From Eledone cirrhosa (Eukaryota): a stretch of DNA of 64,000 nt. A model generated the notes under the pieces. It was not told where the DNA came from and searched no databases. It saw only the letters and a list, made by a program, of their open reading frames with translations. Positions 13,723 through 26,247 of the stretch are shown piece by piece (within the stretch, counting starts at the first letter, position 1; the number at the start of each line of letters is the position of its first letter). Made by a program: the position numbers and the translations under genes. The DNA is taken from assembly GCA_964016885.1 (NCBI GenBank), contig OZ024742.1:174592001-174656000 (forward strand), written 5' to 3'.

Positions 13723-13977
13723 TTAACCCTTTTGCTACCATATTTCTAATGAAAGGCACTGTCCATAATTTTCAAATAGTTTAGAAAATAATCCAAAATT
13801 TTAACACATCTAGTAATATAAATTTATCATTATCAAGCTGTTACTTGGAACATAACAAACGCTCTTACATAAAATTATTGAGGAAGGTATTTAGATATAT
13901 ATGAACACTTTAAAACAAATAGCTTAATTTTGTAGAATCAGGTAAGTTTTCAGGCAGATTGGTACCCAAAGTGTTAA
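13723..13977. mobile_element. piggyBac-like MITE (TTAA ends)
   Basis: TTAA-CCCTTTTGCTACCA ... TGGTACCCAAAGTG-TTAA; internally similar to 58555-58807 and to a partial copy at about 13545-13720. Confidence 0.65.
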
Positions 13978-14509
13978 GAGCATAGATTTAATCAGTCTCA
14001 ATGGGCATGCAAGAGCTATGAATACAATCATTTCTCTATACCATTATTATAAATTATCAGAAAATATCTGCTTCTGTTCTCTAAAGGAAGAAAAAGCTTT
14101 TTGCAAAAATTGGTTATAAAATGTGAAGCTTGGGAATACTGATTCAATTGAAAGAAATTCTTAGAATATATATTTAAAGAAAAATAAACTATGAATATTT
14201 CTCAAGATAACAATATTGTTTGTGGCTATTCCTGATACAGTGTGAAGAAAAATTGTTTTATTTTCATGAGGACATTTTGTTGAGAGATTTGTCAATTGTA
14301 GGAATTAGTGTTGTTGTTGATATGATTCTAAAAGTTCACTGATTAATTTGAAATTTCTCTTTGTCATGTGATGCTGTCAATATTGGGAATAAATATACTG
14401 AGTGCTGCATATGTTATATAATGTCGTTAGTATTATAACAGAAAATGCGATAAATACATGTGTGTGTGTGTGTGTGTGTATATATCTATACACGTACATA
14501 CATATCATC

Positions 14510-14725
14510 ATCATCATCATTTTATATCTGCCTTTCCCTGCTTGCAAGAGTGAGACAGGTGCTATTCACCATGGGATCTCTCCATTCATCATGGTCCTTT
14601 GTCATCTCCTCTGTGACCTTCAGCAATCTGAGGTCTGCTCTCACCATTTCCGCCCATGTTTTGTGTGGTCTTCCTGGACTACGTCTTCTTTCTACTGGGA
14701 TTTCTTTACCCAGCGGTCATCCTCC
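14510..14725 (-). mobile_element. Short RTE LINE 3' end fragment
   Basis: (CAT)n tail followed by cctgcttgcaag...gtcatctcctctgtgaccttcagcaatctgaggtctgctctcacc; homologous copies at 48870-49090 and 50530-50690. Confidence 0.7.
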
Positions 14726-14759
14726 ATGTATATATGTGTATATATATATATATATTAAC

Positions 14760-14891
14760 ATGTGCTTACACCGTATTTGACTACATATAATTAGTCTATT
14801 AGTTGGGATTAAAAAACACCCCTCTGAATGGTTTTTTAAAAATCCCAACTAACAGACTAATTCTATTTAGTCAAATACAGCATAAGCACAT
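14760..14891. repeat. Imperfect inverted repeat (~51-bp arms, ~30-nt spacer)
   Basis: atgtgcttacaccgtatttgactacatataattagtctattagttgggatt pairs with aatcccaactaacagactaattctatttagtcaaatacagcataagcacat, with a few mismatches. Confidence 0.85.
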
Positions 14892-15339
14892 CTTACTACC
14901 TAATTTTCAAATTCACTAGCCATTTATAAACAAAGCCTGCTTTGTGTCTCCCTATTTATATATATGTATATACACATACATATCAGATAGGGTGTGGTTA
15001 ATAAAACAGGTGGACCACAAACCACCAGAGTACTCGATTCTTGGGGTAGTAGAGTGGATAATATGAAAAGATTCAGGACCCCGACAGCTGAGCTACGGCC
15101 GGTTTGACAGCTAGATCCAAACTAAAGTGCCAGTATTCAAACGGCAGGAATCTATCTGAACTTATCAAGAGGTACAATCCATATATGGGCAGACCGTCAA
15201 AGCACCCCAAAAACTTATAAGTTTTTAATGTTTTTTTAGTTTTTTCTCTGGGAGTGGTCAGTAATCTAGAGGAGGGGTACCTTAGATCAAATGGCTTGTT
15301 TAGTCCTGCTAAATGTCGAGTATTATATTTATTGGCAAG

Positions 15340-15535
15340 GGTGGGTGAATTGGCAGTATTGGTAGAGGGTCGAATGCCATGCTTTCCGGCATAGTTACGC
15401 CCCTTTACGGTCTGGGTTCAAATTCCATCGAGGTTAACTTTGCCTTTCATCCTTATGGGGTGGATAAAATAAAGTACCAGTAATGCACTGAGTAATTGCC
15501 TGCCTTGTGCCAAAAGTAGAAACAATTATATTTAT
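15340..15535 (+). mobile_element. Meta-domain SINE (family A)
   Basis: tggcagtattggtagagggtcg...ggttcaaattcc...gcctttcatccttatggggtggataaaataaagtaccag...agaaacaatta. Confidence 0.85.
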
Positions 15536-17044
15536 TACACTCTAGGTAGTGAGGGGCTAGACAGGCCAAGAAGCAAGGGGGAATGGGTGAGTAGACCTAC
15601 TGACCTAGAAAGTGCCAAGCCAGTCAGTCGTGCACACATGTTATTATGAGAGAATTTATCCTTATCAACTATTTCTAATCTGTAGGAATATTATTGTGCT
15701 TAACTCCATTAGAATCAAGAGGGAAAACCAATGAGAGGAAATATAATTTTGGCATATTTAAAGTCAAAGAGAATAGCAAAGTATATTTATGTGTTTGTTA
15801 ATTTGCTTTTTACAAGTTTGCTAAAAAGCTATGTACTTATAATTTATTACCATGCCTCCTCCTCTTAGAGAAATCTAGTTATCAATTGTTCTATGACCCA
15901 GGAAAAGCCCTCATTCACTAATTTACTTGTTCGTACTGTTGTAAGTTAGCTAAGGTTCTATAGTAAAGTAAATTCCTGCTTAATATAAGAGATGTAATTT
16001 TAACATGTATATCAAAACCATTGCAAAACGTTAGCAAAAGTAAATAATAGAACTGAAGGTTAGCTAATAGCTTTCTTTAACAATTCAAGCACTATAGATT
16101 TTGATGGTACTTACATACTGACCTAATATAAGTTTATATGCTAGTACACATTTATTCTATATACCAGGCTTGCATACAAACGAAAAGAGAGAATGAGTGA
16201 CAAGTATTCAGCCATATTGTTGTTTTCTATCTACTTTGTTATTCATTTCTTGAAAAAAATATACTACTCAGAATTACACTGCTACATTGGTAACATGGTA
16301 ACTAAGAAGTACAAGATACGGATAAACATTAGTAGTTTATTAAACAAAATTGACTTATTTTAAATTACCTTAAATTTTCAACTTTTATAAAAGTTTATTG
16401 TATATAATTTATTTCAAAAGAATGCAGACAAATAAACAAAATTTATATCTGGCCTCTACCCATCAATCCTGGACAATCCAGCTGGCTCTAGAATCAAAGG
16501 ATATTGTCTTGAGACAGGAACCTCTTATATAATTGGAAACACTTTATGAATTTAGCATTAGCAATTTACCTCCATGGAGTAGATTTACCAGCAGGCTGGA
16601 AACACTAGCCATACTTCAAATACATTCCAAATCCAATACACTTTAAATTAAGTAAATTATAATAATCAAATTGAATAACAACAGTGGATAATGGACAAAT
16701 TTGCTTAATTTTTGTCTGAGGCTAAATAATAAAATTGTAATTCTGTTTCTTCATTTCGATGCATTGCACTCATCATACAACAATTGAGCTTAATTTACTT
16801 CAAATGTTGCATAAATAAAGCCAGTTGAACTAATGAGATTATTACTAATATGTTATAGAGACCATCATTCTAAACATTGCCATTAAATCAAACTGGGATA
16901 CATAACAAAATGATACAAAACATTTTATTAAGTACAGTTTCTATTTTAATCTTATGCTATGAATCAGCACTATAACCTAAATAAGAATTTTAGAATCATA
17001 CAGTTATGCTTTCAATGTTAGACGAGGAAAAGGTTTGAGAAATA

Positions 17045-17280
17045 ACGTGGGTTCAATTTCTGGGCTAGGTGATGCATTATGTTCTTGAGCAAAACATTTC
17101 ATTTTACATTGGTCAAGTACACACAGCTGAAAATGAGTACCAGCAGTGGTTGGGAGTTAACCTTGCAATGGACTAGTGTCCTATCTAGAGGGCAGTCATG
17201 TACTTTCAGTTACTTAACGGCAAGGAAACCAGGAAAAGCACTGGCTTGATGGTCCACAGGGATTCAGACAGAGTTTAATT
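17045..17280 (+). mobile_element. CORE-like tRNA SINE (family B), diverged
   Basis: ggttcaatttc B-box, gttcttgagcaaaacatttcattttacattg, cagctgaaaatgagtaccagc; homologous to 43570-43850. Confidence 0.7.
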
Positions 17281-17629
17281 CTTTTTATATATCTAATCTT
17301 CTATTCTATGATTAACTGTCTGTCTAAAATATGTTTGTTAGCAGGTATAGCTTTAGGTAAAACAGAGATTCTCAAACATTTTGGGCCACAACCCCTTTCA
17401 CGGTCCCATAATACCCTTAACACCCCCACCCCAATTTCCAGAGAGACCTGCCTACATGGAAATTGTAAAATAATATATAATAAATAAAATTGCTAATTTA
17501 TATATAATAGATATGATATATACTATGTATAAATGAATATTATATTATTTGTTTTATTTTATTTTATTCATATATATGTTTCATTTGAATATCTATTATA
17601 CTATTATATGATATGTATATAATACAATA

Positions 17630-17820
17630 TTAATTGTTTCTACTTTAGGCACAAGGCCAGCAATTACCTAGTGTATTACTGGTACTTTATTTTATCAACC
17701 CCGTAAGGATGAAAGGCAAAGTCAACCTCGGCGGGATTTGAACTCAGATCGTAAAGGGATGTAACTATGCTGGAAAGCATAGCGTCCGCCCCTCCACCGA
17801 TACTGCCAATCCACCGCCCT
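17630..17820 (-). mobile_element. Meta-domain SINE (family A)
   Basis: Reverse complement of the family A sequence (aattgtttctac...ctggtactttattttatc...gaaaggcaaagtcaacctcggcgggatttgaactcag...gatactgccaatccaccgcc). Confidence 0.9.
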
Positions 17821-19050
17821 TATATAATACAATATTAATATTCACTTGCATGGGCGGAATAATACTTACAGCCTCTCCGTTCCTCCCAATACCCCCCCCC
17901 CCTCGCTCCCTTAGGTCCCAGCTCACCTTGGACCTTCTGAATGCCCCCCCCATAGTGGGAGGGGGTAGCGCCCACTCTGAGGTAAAATAATAAACGATGA
18001 AACCTTTGTATTCATTTGTATACTCCTCCTCCTCCACAATAGACGAAGCATGGACGAATGGATAAGAAGTTCCTTTCACATTCATTACATACTGGGTTTG
18101 TTCTCACTGCATGGCATCTTGGGTAAATATCATTTACAATAGACTCGAGTTGACCCAAGCCTTGAGAGGGAAATTACGTAAAAGAAATCTGTTGAGAAGC
18201 CGATGAAATGGACTGTACATCTAATTAAAAGGGCCAGTTGTATCACAGACTCTGAGAATTAAATTTAGGATAAATGAGTCTGTAGAATCCCCTACAACTC
18301 GCTCTTTAATTTCATAAAGGTTGTTCCATTGATCAAACATTGTCTAAACTGACAGAGAACCCTTTCCCTGCTACACACACATGCTACTTGGTTTACATAC
18401 ATTAGTCTATCAAATACGGAGGTTGCTCCTTAAAGTTAAATAAAATTTGGTAACATATCTAGTCTTGCTTATTTAAAACCCCTTTATAGTGTGTGCTGCA
18501 GGCGTCGCACGAACGTAATTCGGCTGACTTTGACTAATATCTTATAATAAAACGAAAAAGAATTACAGTTTTTAAACATTTATGAACACAATCATAACCT
18601 ACACCTTTCAAAATATACCTTGGCAAAATTTAATTCAAAGTTATACTTAGTTAAGAAATTTTAGAGTTGTACTTGTTCTGGAAAGTGAGTAGATCTGAGA
18701 CTATATTGAAACTGTGGAAGATTCATTTTAGCGGCAATTGTACTTGTTTGGTGAATGACTTGATCTGAGATCATATGTGAAAACTAAAGCAATTACAGTC
18801 AGGGAGGGATTTAATGTGGGAGAAAGAGGGCAAATGCCACTAACACTCCGCAGTGTGTGTGTGTGGGGGGGGGGGGGGGGTCACACCAACGACGGACGTA
18901 GCAATTTATTTGTGACATCTGCTAGGCATTTTAGTTTTATCTCTTTGACAAAAGAACTATATGTTTAACAAAAAGTATTTAATGTCGTTACTGTGGAAAA
19001 ATTCATCACATTTTCTCAACTTTGACGTTACTGTGTATCGCAAGAACAAT

Positions 19051-19310
19051 TGTGGTTAGAAAAAGCTATCTCACTTACCGCTTTTCATAGGCGCCGCTAA
19101 ATCCCGTGACTGGTTTCTCCTCTTCCACGTGCGTCCAACGCATTAACACCCGGGAGCTGCCAAACCCGCGTCCACACCGTTCCTGATCACCGCTAGAGAG
19201 AGACCGATCTGCTGGCCCCTTCCGGTCGAGCACCCTTCCGGCCAAGCACTCTTCCGGTCGAGCACTTCCCAGCTTCCGCCCCCCCCCCCCCACAGTTCTC
19301 AAGGATCAAT
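19051..19310 (-). repeat. Putative 3' LTR with three internal ~17-bp repeats (cttccggtcgagcac)
   Basis: Lies between the PPT-like tract and a terminal CA. No second LTR copy is available to confirm the boundaries. Confidence 0.55.
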
Positions 19311-22130
19311 TTCCCCCGCGTCCTTCTGCATATGAAAGTCTGTTGTCCAGGTTGGTGGTTTGCGACTTATTTGCGATCTCCGCAGTGTTGGGGCGGCACT
19401 TTGGGTTTCCTCTTCCTCGGAGTCCATTGACACTGATTCTACGGACATCCAGGACACGACGTGGTACTCCGTCCACGGACACATTGTTCTGGGAATTTAC
19501 GACCATCACCGTTCCCCCTCCCCATTGAAATGTGCAACCTGCATCTGGGGGCTTAACCCAGACTTCTTCGCCCACCTGCACGAATGCATTCTCTCTCCCC
19601 ACTGGCCGTTGTGGTGGCGTTGACGGGTGCCGCCACTCGTATCTGAATACTGCTCTGTGTGACACCGATTCCTCAACCTGTCCCACCCGAGCGGATATGT
19701 TGTACCAGAACACTGGCTCCATTGGTGAGATATGGCCCCGCTCCGCCATTGCCTTGATCGTCCGGTGGTGTCGCTCGACAATTCCATTTTCGCTCGGCCT
19801 GTACGCTGCTCTGAAGAAACTGTCCACCTTCCATCCATCGAGCATCTTCCTGAGCGCCTCCGAGCGGAACGCTGCGCTGTTGTCCATCAGCAGTTCGTCC
19901 ACAGGGCCCCGCTCCAAGAACACCTCTCTCAACGTCCGCATGATTTCCTCGGCCGTTCCAGTCTTCATCTCCCTCCATATCGCCATCCGTCCTGGTCCAC
20001 AGTCGACCATTGAGAGGTACGTTCCCTGTCGGTAGTGTGTTGCATCCACCGCCAATCGCTTTCACTCGCGATCCACCGGGAGGCTTCCCGTTTCGTGTAC
20101 ACCCGGGGCGGGATCAATGGACTGACATCGGACGCAGCCTCTAACCACCCTTTGACCACTGTGTCTGTTAACGTCTGAGTCGATTTTCCTGGCTAGGAAC
20201 AGGGTCCTATCCACTCCCATGTGGTGCATGTCATGCAACCCTTTCAGATCCGATTTGATCAGCCGACACACGGCAGCTATCTCCTCTTCTACCTCCTCCG
20301 GTGCTTCCATCCAGGCTTTCTTCGCCCTGGTTAAGACGTCCGCCCTATTTTTCTCTGAGGGCACGAAAACTACGCTCAGCCTCAGGTCGAACTCGGTGGC
20401 CAGCTCTCCTAAAGATCCCAGGCGGCGCTTTATCAGCATCTCCACCGTCCCGCTCGTTCGCACTCTCTTCTCACTGGTGAGCACTGATCTCACCCATCCG
20501 AGTACAGTAGCCGAGTCAGTGCGTATCTCGATGGTGCGCAGTTCCCACCTCAGGGAGAGGTTCACCCCTCTCAACACCGCGTCCAGTTCGGCCACATTGA
20601 TGTGGTTGCAGTCGTCCTTCTTCCTAAGCCAGGCTGCATCCTCGACCTCAACACCTCCTATCTCAAACGTGACATTGGCATCGCACCATACGGTCCCGCT
20701 CTGCGATTTGGGAACATACCAGCGACCCCGCACCGGTTCGTCGGCCTTCACCCTCTCCACGATCTCCTGCATCATGGCCACCGTCCTCTCTCCCACTCTG
20801 TCACTCCAAGTCACCCCTCCCGCTCGTCTCTGGACATAGCTGCATGCCGTCTGGAGTCACAATGCAATCGGGTAGTGACCCACCAACTTTCCACAAACCG
20901 AGAAAAGCTCCCGCCTACTCATACTTGGGCCCAGTTCTGGAACTTCATTTCCCCTCTGGAATACCAAGACGCCCGTCCTGTCTCGCCGTAGCCTAAGTCC
21001 CAGCGCGGCTCCTCCATCCAACGCTTCTGACGGCTTCGCAGCCAGTCCATACCCTGTAGAGGGCTCGTGATCTCCGCCGCTGACACTACAGACTCGTCCA
21101 CTAGGATGTCGTCAATGTAGGAATTAGTGGGCCTCTTCTTCTTTTCGGCCTTTCCCAGATTGGTCTTGAGGACCGCCGCCATGATCTTCAGTGCGGAGCT
21201 CAGCCCGAAACCGAGCCTGGTCAGGCAATATGTCTGGCCCTTATACCTGACCAGCTGATACTGCCAGAGCTTCTCATCTATATGCAATTGCAAGTATGCC
21301 GACTTTAGATCTACGATTGCGGAGCCCCTGTCATGCGTCTCCACTCACGCAGGGTTTCCCCACAGATATCCGTGACCTCGCCACCCGTGTGGCATGACAC
21401 GTGCTCGTTCAGCTCCCGAAAGTCCAGTACCGGCCTCACCATGTTCTTCGTGGGTTGCGCCACCACCATTATAACGGCAATACTCCGCACTTCACCCCCT
21501 CTTTCCAGGGAAGCAGTATGCCCTCCTCAATTCATCACTCTACCTCTCGCTCCTAATGTCTCCCTTCAATGTGTGTTGATAGCAGCCCACTTTGGTCTTC
21601 AGTGTTGGTGCTTCTCCCTTCCAGTACCACTCAACAACCCATCGCTGCCCATCGAACACGGCATTGAAGTCTTTGTCCCGCACAGTGTAAGCGGGGTATT
21701 TCTCCTCGTGGGCCTTCTGGTTCTCCTGTCGCGTACTCACAGCGCACACCGATGCAGCGCCGCCAAACGACACACCGACGTTGTTCACTGTGACGCCTCC
21801 TAGACGGCGAATTGCGTCCATGCCCATAACTACGCCGATCCCATCCACCACGTTGTCAACTACGATGGCAGAAAGCCTTATTTTCCTTCCCCGTACCGCC
21901 AACTCCACCTCGCTGCGACCTCGGCATTCAATTTTCCTGCCGTCGACTTCCCTTACGCTGCTCTTCCCTCTCCACCTCTGCGCCACCCCCGCGGTCACCA
22001 GTGTCGTCGTACAGCCCGTGTCCACGAGGGCTCGCTGTGGCTATCCCCTCACGAAGACTTCCACCACGGGCAGCGCCTCTACTCGTAAGGGGAAACTACC
22101 GGCGCAGTAGTTCCCCTTGGATCGTTTCCC
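19306..22130 (-). pseudogene. pol: Gypsy pol (protease, RT, RNase H, integrase), broken by stops and frameshifts
   Basis: ALVDTGCTT (protease); DLKSAYLQ, YCLTRLGFGL, SYIDDILV (RT); VWCDA, AELDA, IRTDS (RNase H); HDMHH...CVRC (HHCC); AVDATHY, LMDNSAAF, NGIVERHHRTIK (DDE integrase). Confidence 0.9.
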
Positions 22131-22840
22131 TGGTTGCAGTTAGTAGCGATGTGGCCTGGTCGCTTACACCAGTAGCATATTATTTCCGGCCTTCACTCTC
22201 TACAGTCTCTCGCCATGTGCGGGCTCTGGCATCTAAAACAGCGATCTCTAAACGTTCGCGAGCAACCGCGTGCCGTGGTTGTCTCCCTTTCAACATTTCG
22301 CTGCCAGCTGTCTTGAGCCTCTGTAGTTGCTATCGCCGCGACACTCTTCTTGACATCTTCTGCTATGAAGCTGGCTTGCTCCACCAGTGAACGCATCTCC
22401 ATTTCTTTGTAACCCGGGACTTGCTGCAGTTTCACCGCTATGTCGTCTGGAAATCCATTTATGAACGCCAACCGCACCGTGCGTTCGCATTCCACCTGAT
22501 ATCTAGCCAACATAGCCAATCGCCGTATTTCCCCTGCGAAAATGTCAACGCGTTCACCGTTCCATCTAATTCTTGCCAGCTTAGCAAAAGCGGCTAACGG
22601 TCCCTCCGCGAACGCTTCCATCAGGCGCCTCTCAATCTTTTGCGCATCCCTTTGGCTGTGTTCATCCAACTCAAGGAAGAGTACCAACGCGTCCCCCTCG
22701 AGGTACAGTGCCATGAGGCCAGCCACACCTTCTATCTTCTGTAAGCTTGCGACCAGCCGGACTTTTCGCAGCCAAGCAACAACATCGCCTTCACCGGTAA
22801 ATGCCCTAATCGCTTCGCTCGTTCGTAGTCTCGTCGCCAT
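22079..22840 (-). pseudogene. gag: Gypsy gag with two zinc knuckles and one in-frame premature TGA (22193-22195)
   Basis: ORF MATRL...FTGEGDVVAWL...CFRCQSPHMARDC. Reading through the TGA in the same frame gives RPEIICYWCKRPGHIATNC...YE* ending at 22079. Confidence 0.85.
22087..22130 (-). promoter_or_regulatory. -1 programmed ribosomal frameshift signal (gag-pol)
   Basis: Slippery heptamer G GGA AAC (22130-22124), 5-nt spacer, hairpin AAGGGGAACTAC/GTAGTTTCCCCTT (22118-22087). The -1 frame runs into LPVVEVFVRG*PQRALVDTG. Confidence 0.75.
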
Positions 22841-23149
22841 ATCCTAATTTGTCTTGCGATACGTAATAAAAAAAACAACAACAAACTCCTCTCTGTTTTT
22901 CCAGTAGCTTTGTTTTCGAGAAAGTTTTTTTTTTTTTTCAATCAGTATTCCAATTTTTTATTTATTATTTTTGTTTTGTATGAGAGGCCTCCAAAACCTG
23001 AAGTCACCAGGTCACTATCAGTGTGACAAACATTCTGATACTAAAGAATAAATGATAAATAAAATGTTTAAGTTTTGACACAAAGAAATAAATTATATAT
23101 ATCAAGCAAAAGTAAGAGGTTTTTAGTGTGTTAATTTTAATGGCTACGA

Positions 23150-23328
23150 GGACCCTTCCAAGCAGCGGACGCCATGCTTTGCAGCAAAGAGTTATGACCC
23201 TTTATGGTCTGAGTTCAAATCCCGCCGAGGTTAACTCTGCCTTTCATCCTTACAAAGTCGATAAAATAAAGTACCAGTAATACACTGGGATAATTGCTGG
23301 CCTTGTGCCAAATGTAGAAACAATTATT
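23150..23328 (+). mobile_element. Meta-domain SINE (family A), 5' end degenerate
   Basis: gagttcaaatcccgccgaggttaactctgcctttcatcc...gtcgataaaataaagtaccag...agaaacaatta. Confidence 0.8.
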
Positions 23329-23735
23329 CTTAAAGTCGTGAGAAAATACATTCGGGAGGCAGTAAACAGTAATTATGCCGAGATATGTAGCAATGGCAGG
23401 TAATAGAAAAGGAAATTGAATAATTTAAAGGCTTAGAGTGAAGCATGGGTAATCCTTCGATACATGTGAGAGGGAGATGTAGGTGAACTAACTATTACAG
23501 CTGAATATCTCGACTACTACGACGGTGATACATTTAATTAGTTTCGTATCCACAGTATAAATTACGAAATACACAATATAAAACATATTTTAATCAAAAA
23601 TCAAAAAGAATAATTATAACGTTGTAAATTACACAATGCTTTATATAAAACATATATAGTAAAGGTTTATCAACTTTTAACATCCTGTACCATATGAAAC
23701 CACATGAGCCTGACATTCATGAAAAGTATAAAACA

Positions 23736-23905
23736 CAGACCTGCCAACCTCTAAAAACCCAAACCGGGTAACCATGAAAAAAAGGGCTCCAAAACGTGGA
23801 GAAATGAGGAAAACTGGGGAGCTTTTACACAAGAGAGGGCATCTCTCGCCCAACCCAAAGGCTATTGCAAATATCACCGTCGGACGGGCAGGGTTGACAG
23901 GTCTG
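23736..23905. mobile_element. 170-bp MITE with hAT-like TIRs
   Basis: CAGACCTGCCAACCT (23736-23750) versus reverse complement of GGGTTGACAGGTCTG (23891-23905), 13/15 match. TSD unclear. Confidence 0.6.
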
Positions 23906-24004
23906 AAAACTGCATTATGACTCAGAGAAGTAGACGTTCCCTGATTATCGAGCTACGCTCGCTAACACTGACACACTTGTCATCTCAATGAAGTCTGCGC
24001 AGTG

Positions 24005-24640
24005 CCTTTTACGTGGGAGCGGAATTCCACTGAAGTAGATAGAGAAGGTAAAATATCTTGGGGCAGCTTTCACAAAGATGGAATGCCGGAGGCTGAATTA
24101 TGTACAAGAATTGTTGGAGTTGGTGCAGTGATGCGCCAGCTTCAGCATTCAGAATAAGGGAGGTAGGTGTAAAAGCTAAACTCGCTATCTTCAATTCTGT
24201 ATTCGTGCCAACCCTTACCTATGGTCAGGACTTTCGGGTAATGGACGAAAGAATATGATCGCGAATACAAGCGACCTAAATGGGGTTTCCCCGTAGGGTC
24301 TTTGGAGTAATTTGGCTCGATAGAGTACGTAGGTCGGTGATCAGAGAGTCGCTCCAACTAGAACCACTACTTCTCCAGATTGAAAGATTACAGCTCCGAT
24401 ATTACGGATATGTGGTTAGAATGTCTGGGGAAAAATAGCTGGACAGATTTTACTGACAAAACCAACTGGCAGTAGACTCAGTGGTAGACCCTGAGCAAAA
24501 TGGTTGGATAACATCCATAAGCTTGCTGGTCTCGCTTGAGGATCCAACTGGATGAATTGGAGACGGCTGATTCTGACCGGACACGCTGGAAGGCGTGCCT
24601 GAGAATTCAGCTCCCACGACCCTCACAGGAAGAAGTTTCT
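24005..24640 (+). mobile_element. RTE-clade LINE 3' fragment
   Basis: Translates to KYLG...KAKLAIFNSVFVPTLTYG...IRESLQLEPLLLQIERLQLRYYGYVVRM...GRP...DRTRWK with stops. Confidence 0.8.
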
Positions 24641-24655
24641 ATTATACACGGGATT

Positions 24656-24871
24656 AAGGTCCGCATATTGGCAGTATCGGTAGAGAGTCAGATATGTTTT
24701 TTGTGGCATATATTTCGGCCCGTTACGTTCTAAGTTCAAACTCACCGAGTTTAGCTTTTTCTTTCATCCTTATGGGATCAATAAAATAAAATACAAGTAA
24801 TCCACTCGGGTGGATTTCATCGAGTTTCCTTTTCCCTTTAAATTGCTGGCCTTGAGCCCAAAGTAAAAACA
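24656..24871 (+). mobile_element. Meta-domain SINE variant with a 15-bp TSD
   Basis: Family A head and core; ATTATACACGGGATT is duplicated at 24641-24655 and 24872-24886. Confidence 0.85.
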
Positions 24872-25099
24872 ATTATACACGGGATTGTCTGTCTCATTTT
24901 CCATGCTTTTTCATTGTCTGTGTTTATATCCAATAATTTGCCAGTTCGACAAAACGCGATCAATGAAATAAGTATCAGGATTGAAAAAAAGTTCTGGGCT
25001 CGATATAATCGATAACAAAAAATCAAGGCGGTGCCCCATCATGACCGCAGCTTGACAACTTGACAGCTTGACAACAAATAAATGAAAAAAAAAAAAAGA

Positions 25100-25790
25100 A
25101 AAGATTAAGAACATTTATTGAACGTGGAATTCCCTAGTTTAAATTAATAAGAGAATAAATAATAGAAATGGGAATAGAGGAATGAAAGTGACAGAGGGAG
25201 CAATAGTGTGAGTAAAAGAATTGTATGGAAATAGAATAAGGGGGGGGGGGTAGTGATGACGTAAGTGTAATACCACCCGACGAAGAAATGTGGACTAGTT
25301 CGTCAGATAACTGTCTTAAATATTCAAGATATCAATAAAGGGATATGAAAGGCGGCTTGTGGAATACTGAAATATAATATCGAAAATAATATATGTAGAA
25401 CAAAACAACGAAAAGTAATACAAAATACAAAAAAATGTTAAGGAATATGTAAAAATAAAATGGAAGAAAGCAGACAGGAACCATCGCCATTATGGAACTT
25501 TGGGTGTGATTTACTACAAATTGGTGTATTTTTATTCTCCTTCCATATAATGTCTTTGTCATTTCTTCTAAAGAATATTAACATTTCTTTTCTTTCGTTG
25601 CTCCAATATATAGTTTCGTTTACATGGCCCCTCCAGTAATTATATTTTTCTCCTCAAACTATCAAAACAAACAACTATTTGTATATGCGCTACAATTTAT
25701 GTACATATGTTTATCGCATATCGAAGTTTTCTGACCATTTTAGAGTGTAAAGAGCTAAACTACAACTAAATTGTCCAAATTTGCGCCCCA
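25100..25790 (-). mobile_element. Decayed Penelope-like element 3' end
   Basis: Minus strand shows a YTLKWS...C...EEKNII...NERKEM remnant resembling the PLE GIY-YIG C-terminus (KWxI...CxLCxxEK..I...LNxRxE), followed by a CTGACGA core near 25300-25306 with no intact GAAA half. Confidence 0.4.
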
Positions 25791-25874
25791 TCCAATTACA
25801 AATGATTCCACCACCCTTCTATATATATATATAGAAAACACACACAAAAAAAAGACTAATATATTAACAATAAT

Positions 25875-26247
25875 TGTTTCTACGTTAGGCACAAGGCCAG
25901 CAATTACCCAGTGCATTACTGGTACTTTATTTTATCGACCCCGTAAGGATGAAAGGCAAAGTCAACCTCGGCGGGATTTGAACTTGGAATGGCAAGGGCC
26001 GTAACTCTATACGTCAAAGCATGGCGTCCGACCCTCTACCAATACTGCCAATCCACCGTTAATCGGTGGATTGGCAGTATCGGTAGAGGGTCAGACACCA
26101 TGCTTTCCAGCATAGTTACGTCCCTTTACGATCTGAGTTCAAATCCCGCCGAGGTTGACTTTGCCTTTCATCCTTACGGGGTCGATAAAATAAAGTACCA
26201 GTAATGCACTGGGTGATTGCTGGCCTTGTGCCTAAAGTAGAAACAGT
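25875..26247. mobile_element. Head-to-head pair of family A SINEs sharing one flanking 18-bp direct repeat
   Basis: Minus copy at about 25875-26058, plus copy at about 26064-26247; TAATATATTAACAATAAT at 25857-25874 and 26248-26265. Confidence 0.9.

Larger units (their letters stand above)
19051..22845 (-). mobile_element. Ty3/Gypsy LTR retrotransposon, disrupted; only the 3' LTR is visible
   Basis: Domain order gag-PR-RT-RNaseH-IN; sharply more GC-rich than the flanks; purine tract AGAAGGACGCGGGGGAAA (~19311-19328) precedes a putative LTR that ends ...CCACA at 19051. Confidence 0.92.

Noticed and set aside
16565-16615. Possible first exon on minus (MASVSSLLVNLLHG|gtaaat)
   Set aside because: Too short, with a weak donor and no partner exon identifiable.
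17363-17985. hAT-Charlie-like MITE starting CAGAGATTCTCAAAC
   Set aside because: No matching right TIR or 8-bp TSD found.
22830-22839. TGGCGACGAG on minus as a tRNA primer-binding site
   Set aside because: It overlaps the apparent gag start codon and no LTR precedes it, so it cannot be called a PBS from this copy alone.
19343-22847. Long plus-strand ORFs (e.g. 20219-20839, 19532-20035, 21333-21803)
   Set aside because: Antisense shadows of the GC-rich Gypsy gag-pol with no domain motifs.
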